From contig MGIS01000023.1 of the NCBI GenBank assembly GCA_001793865.1, positions 60,137-124,136 of the forward strand: a stretch of 64,000 nt of DNA, given 5' to 3'. This DNA is from Candidatus Wolfebacteria bacterium RIFCSPLOWO2_01_FULL_47_17b (GTDB lineage: Bacteria; Patescibacteriota; Minisyncoccia; UBA6257; JAGOQP01). The notes beneath the pieces were generated by a model. It was not told the DNA's origin and ran no database searches. It saw only the letters and a list, made by a program, of their open reading frames with translations. Positions 59,482 to 64,000 of this stretch are shown here, in pieces; within the stretch, counting starts at the first letter, position 1, and every line of letters starts with the position of its first letter. The translations under genes and the position numbers were made by a program.

Positions 59482-59784
59482 TTATTTTTCTCCTTTTAGG
59501 ATAATTCGCTCTTCAAAGCCCCCGCGCTCTTCTTTTTTCTTCATTCGAACCTCCTCTACATTCTTGTATTCTGGAAGCATTTTAAGCGCCTCAATCACTT
59601 CAAGCACATCTGCCAGTTCGCTCGGATCACCCGCTTCGCCAAATTCTTGCATTTCTTCCTTCAGCTTTTTGACAAGCTCATCTTTGTACTCTCCCGGAGA
59701 CGCGATGCGCTTCTCGTAGGGAATTTTCTTCGCATCCAGTATTTCGGGAATCTTATCCCGTACAAGCTTATTATACTTTTCCAT
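59482..59784 (-). CDS. NTP pyrophosphohydrolase (MazG/PRA-PH-like)
   Basis: YNKLVRDKIPEI, KLKEE, ELADVLEV, KKEERGGF. Confidence 0.88.
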   Translation of the reverse strand: MEKYNKLVRDKIPEILDAKKIPYEKRIASPGEYKDELVKKLKEEMQEFGEAGDPSELADVLEVIEALKMLPEYKNVEEVRMKKKEERGGFEERIILKGEK

Positions 59785-60805
59785 TTCCGATTCGCTCAAG
59801 GTGTTTTATAAGCGTCGTCACATAGCCGTACTCGTTATCGTACCATGCGAGTACTTTTACGAGATTTCCGTCTATTACTTTAGTAAATTTCGCGTCCACG
59901 ATGGACCCGTATGGCATACCGACGATGTCGGATGATACGATCTGATCCTCGGTATAGCCAAGTATGCCGCTCCACCGTTCCGATCCCGCCGCTTCTTTCA
60001 AAAGAGCATTTATTTCTTCAACGGACGTTTTTTTCTTTGCTATGAATGTAAGATCAACAAGCGATCCCGAAACTACAGGTACCCGTATCGCGATCCCGTC
60101 GAATTTTCCATCCAAATCGGGGAGCGCGCGGCTGACCGCTTTAGCGGCGCCCGTCGTTGAGGGCACAATATTTTGCGCGGCAGCGCGGCCGCGTCGATAG
60201 TCATCCCCTTTTACGGGTCCGTCCACAATACTTTGCGTAGCGGTATACGCGTGCACCGTGCTGAGCACCGCTTTTTCAATCCCAATTTTTTCACTAAGCA
60301 CTGCCATAACCGGTGACGCGGCGTTTGTTGTGCATGACGCATTGGATGTAATCTGGCACGTTGGAATTCTATCTTCGTTTATGCCTATTAAAACTGTTTT
60401 GCCTCCGCCAGCTGGCGGATCACCATCGGGATCTTTCGCGGGAGCGGTTAGAAGCACCCGTTTTGCCCCCGCGTCCAGATGGACTTGTGCCTTTTCGAAT
60501 GATTCAAATGCGCCCGTGGCCTCAACCACCACATCCACGCCAAGCGATCCCCATGGAAGCTTTGATGGGTCTTTTTCATTTAGAAACTGTATCTGCTTGC
60601 CATCCACAAAGAGCAGGCTTCTGTCCGCGTCTGCTTTCACCTCATGAACCCATGTTTTATATACGCTGTCGTACTTTAAGAGGTAGGCAAGGTTGGATAC
60701 ATCGCCAAGATCGTTTATAGCGACCACATCGATATTTTTATTATTATAGGCGGCTCTAAAAAAGAGGCGTCCGATACGGCCAAAACCATTTATTGCGATT
60801 TTCAT
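59771..60805 (-). CDS. gap: Glyceraldehyde-3-phosphate dehydrogenase
   Basis: INGFGRIGR, SNASCTTN, WYDNEYGY. Confidence 0.97.
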   Translation of the reverse strand: MKIAINGFGRIGRLFFRAAYNNKNIDVVAINDLGDVSNLAYLLKYDSVYKTWVHEVKADADRSLLFVDGKQIQFLNEKDPSKLPWGSLGVDVVVEATGAFESFEKAQVHLDAGAKRVLLTAPAKDPDGDPPAGGGKTVLIGINEDRIPTCQITSNASCTTNAASPVMAVLSEKIGIEKAVLSTVHAYTATQSIVDGPVKGDDYRRGRAAAQNIVPSTTGAAKAVSRALPDLDGKFDGIAIRVPVVSGSLVDLTFIAKKKTSVEEINALLKEAAGSERWSGILGYTEDQIVSSDIVGMPYGSIVDAKFTKVIDGNLVKVLAWYDNEYGYVTTLIKHLERIGNGKV

Positions 60806-60934
60806 CCCGTTAGAAGTTTATCCTTATATAATCAATGATTATTTTCAGAAAACTTAGTTTTTATCTGATATCCCGCATTCTACGCGCTGAGAAAAATTTT
60901 TCAAATTTTTCTCAGCCAAGAACTTCTAACGGGA
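60805..60934. mobile_element. MITE-like element, TIR TCCCGTTAGAAGTT, flanked by TTCA direct repeats
   Basis: TTCA at 60801-60804 and 60935-60938; internal hairpin GCTGAGAAAAATTT/AAATTTTTCTCAGC. Confidence 0.75.
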
Positions 60935-60945
60935 TTCATATGTCT

Positions 60946-62094
60946 TTATCGTACCACCGCTCCCAATTCCTGTACAGTTTTTTGGATAATCTCTTCTTGT
61001 ATCTTATTCACTTCCTCGTTGGTAAGGGTGCGTTCGGGAGAGCGATATACGACGCGGAATGTATAGCTCACTTTGCCTTTTCCGAATTTTTCTTCATTCT
61101 CATACTCGTCAGTTTTTTTAACTTCTTCGATTATATTCTCCGCACAGTCACGCACAATCTCATAATAGTTGTTTAAACTCATACCCGTGTCTATGACAAA
61201 AGAGATGTCGCGGTATGTCATGGGGAACTTGCTTACCTCCGTGTAGGTGCTGTGTATATCCTTGAACTGGCCGGTTATGCGCGGATCATCCGACCAGAAG
61301 ACACGAATATCGGGGATCTGCATTTTAACCATCGCAAGTCGCTCCAACCCAAATCCGAATGCCCATCCGTTGTATATGTGTGGATCGATTCCAACGTTTT
61401 TCAAAACTTCGGTATGTACCACACCGGCCCCCACCACTTCCAGCCACGCGTCGCCGCGCTTAATTTCAATCTGCGTGCTAGGGTCCGTGAACGGAAACGT
61501 ATCTTCCAGAAATCTATATTCAATTTCGCCGTATATGGACTTTACGATCGCCGCAAGTACTTCCTGGAGTTTGGGTATACCTATAATTTTTTTTTCTTTT
61601 TTGCATATATACAGCCCATCCACCTGATGGAATACGGGAAAATGGCTACGGTCTATCTCGTCCTTGCGGTAGACTTTTCCATGCGCGAGCAGACCGATTT
61701 CCCCTTTTATCTCCAACTCATCTCTAATTTCTTCCCGCTCAAGATAAAACGGCCACATGGTGGTTGTGTGTGTGCGGAGCACGTGACTTGGATCCACATA
61801 GTACGTGTCGGTTTCCTTCCTACTCTGATGGTCTTTAGGCGTGTTAAGCAGATCAAAATTATTCTTCACACTCACGATCTCCGGAAATTGCATCACATCG
61901 AAGTTTTTGAACATATCAATGCCGAGTACCGCGTCCACGATAAATTTGATGGGCGAACCCTCTTTGCGGGACAGGTCCGGTAGCGCCAGCAGGCGCTGGA
62001 GGCGAAGCCCTTGAATGTCGGTTCGTTTTTCCGTTTCTTCGAGAAGTGTGTCGGCTGTTTTGTCGGTGGCGATGATGTAGTCTCGTGTGGTCAT
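60946..62094 (-). CDS. pheS: Phenylalanyl-tRNA synthetase, alpha catalytic domain fused to FDX anticodon-binding domain
   Basis: NFDLLN.P.DHQSR, LRTHT, HFPVFHQ, FPFTDPS, AFGFGLERLAM, then SKFPMTYRDISF..YRSPERTLTNEEV. Confidence 0.92.
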   Translation of the reverse strand: MTTRDYIIATDKTADTLLEETEKRTDIQGLRLQRLLALPDLSRKEGSPIKFIVDAVLGIDMFKNFDVMQFPEIVSVKNNFDLLNTPKDHQSRKETDTYYVDPSHVLRTHTTTMWPFYLEREEIRDELEIKGEIGLLAHGKVYRKDEIDRSHFPVFHQVDGLYICKKEKKIIGIPKLQEVLAAIVKSIYGEIEYRFLEDTFPFTDPSTQIEIKRGDAWLEVVGAGVVHTEVLKNVGIDPHIYNGWAFGFGLERLAMVKMQIPDIRVFWSDDPRITGQFKDIHSTYTEVSKFPMTYRDISFVIDTGMSLNNYYEIVRDCAENIIEEVKKTDEYENEEKFGKGKVSYTFRVVYRSPERTLTNEEVNKIQEEIIQKTVQELGAVVR

Positions 62095-62112
62095 AATTAT
62101 TTTCTATATTTG

Positions 62113-62199
62113 TGCGCGGGAGAGGATTTGAACCTCCACGGGACGTAATGCCCGCTACCACCTCAAGGTAGTGCGTCTAGCCAGTTTCGCCACCCGCGC
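62113..62199 (-). tRNA. tRNA-Leu(GAG)
   Basis: GCGCGGGTGGCGAAACTGGCTAGACGCA-CTACC-TTGAGGT-GGTAG, variable arm, GGTTCAAATCC. Confidence 0.95.
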
Positions 62200-62242
62200 G
62201 ACTGTACTGGAAAGTATATCCGGATTTTTTCCTTTTTCAACC

Positions 62243-62332
62243 TATCCACACTTTACGCTATAGCGTGAAGTGTGGATACACCATAAAAAAATCTATTCTC
62301 ATATTCTTAAGAATATGAGAATAGATTTTTTT
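62243..62332. repeat. Two adjacent long, loopless palindromes
   Basis: TATCCACACTTTACGCTA|TAGCGTGAAGTGTGGATA and AAAAAAATCTATTCTCATATTCTT|AAGAATATGAGAATAGATTTTTTT. Confidence 0.85.
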
Positions 62333-62370
62333 CCGTGTTAGTCAACGTACAGTCAGCGTAGGTCAGTGTT

Positions 62371-62697
62371 CTAGGCCGCCACGCCGATTTTCTGGCGGGA
62401 TTTCTTTTTGGATACGTTGCGCAGGTAATACAGTTTTGAGCGGCGGACTTTTTTGGAAGATGACACGATTTTTACCGAAATAATATTTGGCGAGTAAATT
62501 GGGTATATTTTTTCCACTCCCACGCCGTCAACTACCGATCGCACGGTGAATGTGGCTCCCTGCTGGAACCCGTGCTTGCGCGCAAGCACAATGCCCTTGA
62601 ACTGGGATTGGCGCTCTTTTTCTTTTTCGCGGAGCCGCTCGGTGACTACGATCTGCGCCCCGGGCTGTATTTTTTCTAGAATTTTCTCATCGATCAT
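62371..62697 (-). CDS. rplS: 50S ribosomal protein L19
   Basis: FKGIVLARK, TFTVR..GVGVEKI, VRRSKLYYLR. Confidence 0.95.
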   Translation of the reverse strand: MIDEKILEKIQPGAQIVVTERLREKEKERQSQFKGIVLARKHGFQQGATFTVRSVVDGVGVEKIYPIYSPNIISVKIVSSSKKVRRSKLYYLRNVSKKKSRQKIGVAA

Positions 62698-62710
62698 AAT
62701 GAGGGAAATA

Positions 62711-63439
62711 CTATAGTATATGGGCAATTTTGTCAAAATCCTTTAGTATCGGCTCTTCTATCGCCACGCCCGTGCCATCGGGAAGTTTAAACTCCAACGA
62801 CGCGCAGTGAAGCATGTGGCGATCCGCCAATGATGCGTTCTTCTTTCCTCCGTATAGCTTATCGCCAATCACAGGAGTATGGATGGCATTCAAATGTATC
62901 CGAATCTGATGTGTACGACCTGTTTTGGGTTGTACCTTTAGAAGCGAAAATTTTTCTCCATCTTTTTCGATTATCTTTATGACTTCGTATTCCGTAACCG
63001 CTTCTTTCTCCCGTTTGAGAGTTTTTTTGGAATCTCCTGATCCGGTTTTTTGCGGATGAATCGTTCGTTTTGTCGTTCCACGTTTGATTCCTATGGGGTA
63101 TGAAATTATTCCCTTCTTTTCTTTCGGTATGCCATGCACGATTGCGTAGTATGTTTTTCGAATTTCCTGTCTTTGAAACAATGATTTCAGATATACGAAC
63201 GCTTCCTGCGTGCGTGCCAAAAGCATAACCCCCGACGTATCTCTGTCCAAACGATGCACGATTCCCGGACGGAATTCGGGATCATCTCCTATATTTTTTA
63301 TTTTTGGAAATTTTTTAAGCGCCCATTGTACGACCGTTTCTCCTTTCTCGTTTTTCTGATGCGCAAATACGTGTACCAAAACACCCGCCGGCTTGTGTAT
63401 GGCAATGATGCCGTTTTTATTGAAGAGGATTTTGATCAT
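62711..63439 (-). CDS. RluA-family pseudouridine synthase
   Basis: KPAGVLVH, VHRLDRDTSG, TGRTHQIRIH, GDKLY. Confidence 0.93.
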   Translation of the reverse strand: MIKILFNKNGIIAIHKPAGVLVHVFAHQKNEKGETVVQWALKKFPKIKNIGDDPEFRPGIVHRLDRDTSGVMLLARTQEAFVYLKSLFQRQEIRKTYYAIVHGIPKEKKGIISYPIGIKRGTTKRTIHPQKTGSGDSKKTLKREKEAVTEYEVIKIIEKDGEKFSLLKVQPKTGRTHQIRIHLNAIHTPVIGDKLYGGKKNASLADRHMLHCASLEFKLPDGTGVAIEEPILKDFDKIAHIL

Positions 63440-63441
63440 TG

Positions 63442-63513
63442 TGCGCCTTGTAGGGATTGAACCTACGGCCTTTTCAATGTCAATGAAACGCTCTACCACT
63501 GAGCTAAAGGCGC
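63442..63513 (-). tRNA. tRNA-Val(GAC)
   Basis: GCGCCTTTAGCTCAGTGGTAGAGCG-TTTCA-TTGACAT-TGAAA..GGTTCAATCC. Confidence 0.95.
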
Positions 63514-63535
63514 GTATTGATTTTATTGTTTTCGG

Positions 63536-63607
63536 TGGGCGCACCAGGGATTGAACCTGGGACCTCTAAATTATCAGTTTAGCGTTCTACCACTGAACTA
63601 TGCGCCC
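63536..63607 (-). tRNA. tRNA-Ile(GAT)
   Basis: GGGCGCATAGTTCAGTGGTAGAACG-CTAAA-CTGATAA-TTTAG..GGTTCAATCC. Confidence 0.95.
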
Positions 63608-63664
63608 AACAGTATTGGAATATATACGCAAATAGATTCCGTATCAAGTACGGAATGACAGAGG

Positions 63665-63940
63665 CTACGGAGTAGCTTCCGGTGATGACGTTGCTGTTTC
63701 GGTTGGAGATGGCGATAGAACAGATGTCGGGGACGGCCGCAGAATACCGAGTGTTTCCAATCCTTTCAGGTTAAACTTCTGATTTTGCGCGGGTGCCGCT
63801 TCTTCATTCAGCGCATCGTCTACGGTTATCGCCAAGAAGGTGATGGAATGTATAAAGAGATACGCCGTTATAGCGAGCAATAAAAACCCCATAACCAAGA
63901 ACTTCAGGTCTTTTTTTCTTTTTAAAATCGCTTCAATCAT
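63665..63940 (-). CDS. Small single-pass membrane protein with Ser/Pro/Thr tail
   Basis: One TM, low-complexity C-terminus. Confidence 0.65.
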   Translation of the reverse strand: MIEAILKRKKDLKFLVMGFLLLAITAYLFIHSITFLAITVDDALNEEAAPAQNQKFNLKGLETLGILRPSPTSVLSPSPTETATSSPEATP

Positions 63941-63941
63941 G

Positions 63942-64000
63942 TTATTCGTAGTATTGCACCTTTCCGACCATTGATACGCGCAACGCGCTTCCCGATAGCA
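63942..64000 (-). CDS. C-terminal end of an upstream gene (partial)
   Basis: ..LSGSALRVSMVGKVQYYE* ends 1 nt before the next ATG. Confidence 0.4.
   Translation of the reverse strand, partial: LSGSALRVSMVGKVQYYE

Overview
This 64-kb window looks like chromosome from a Patescibacteria (CPR, Parcubacteria-like) bacterium using genetic code 11, with most genes on the minus strand. The lineage is inferred from gene content and style, not from a search. Housekeeping content includes ribosomal proteins, five aminoacyl-tRNA synthetases, gatB, fusA, frr, a short prfA, an intein-containing gyrB, the mreB/mreC/PBP2 cluster, a type IV pilus cluster, ComEC, an unlinked 16S rRNA and 11 tRNAs. Most notable: (1) a 220-nt group I intron in tRNA-Phe(GAA); (2) two tRNA-Ser fragments carrying the same 30-nt double-hairpin anticodon insertion, bracketing a GIY-YIG gene and an intact tRNA-Ser; (3) three MITE-like elements that sit on ATGAA start codons and regenerate the ATG; (4) about 20 heptamer-repeat arrays, one family centred on a four-helix-bundle gene and extending into prepilin leaders, another reaching into 16S rRNA; (5) a 16S lacking the anti-Shine-Dalgarno tail, together with many near-leaderless promoters; (6) an organellar-type single-chain PheRS; (7) a compact 6S-like RNA and one unassigned structured RNA; (8) free-standing nuclease genes next to tRNAs. 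All calls are by eye and no database searches were run.
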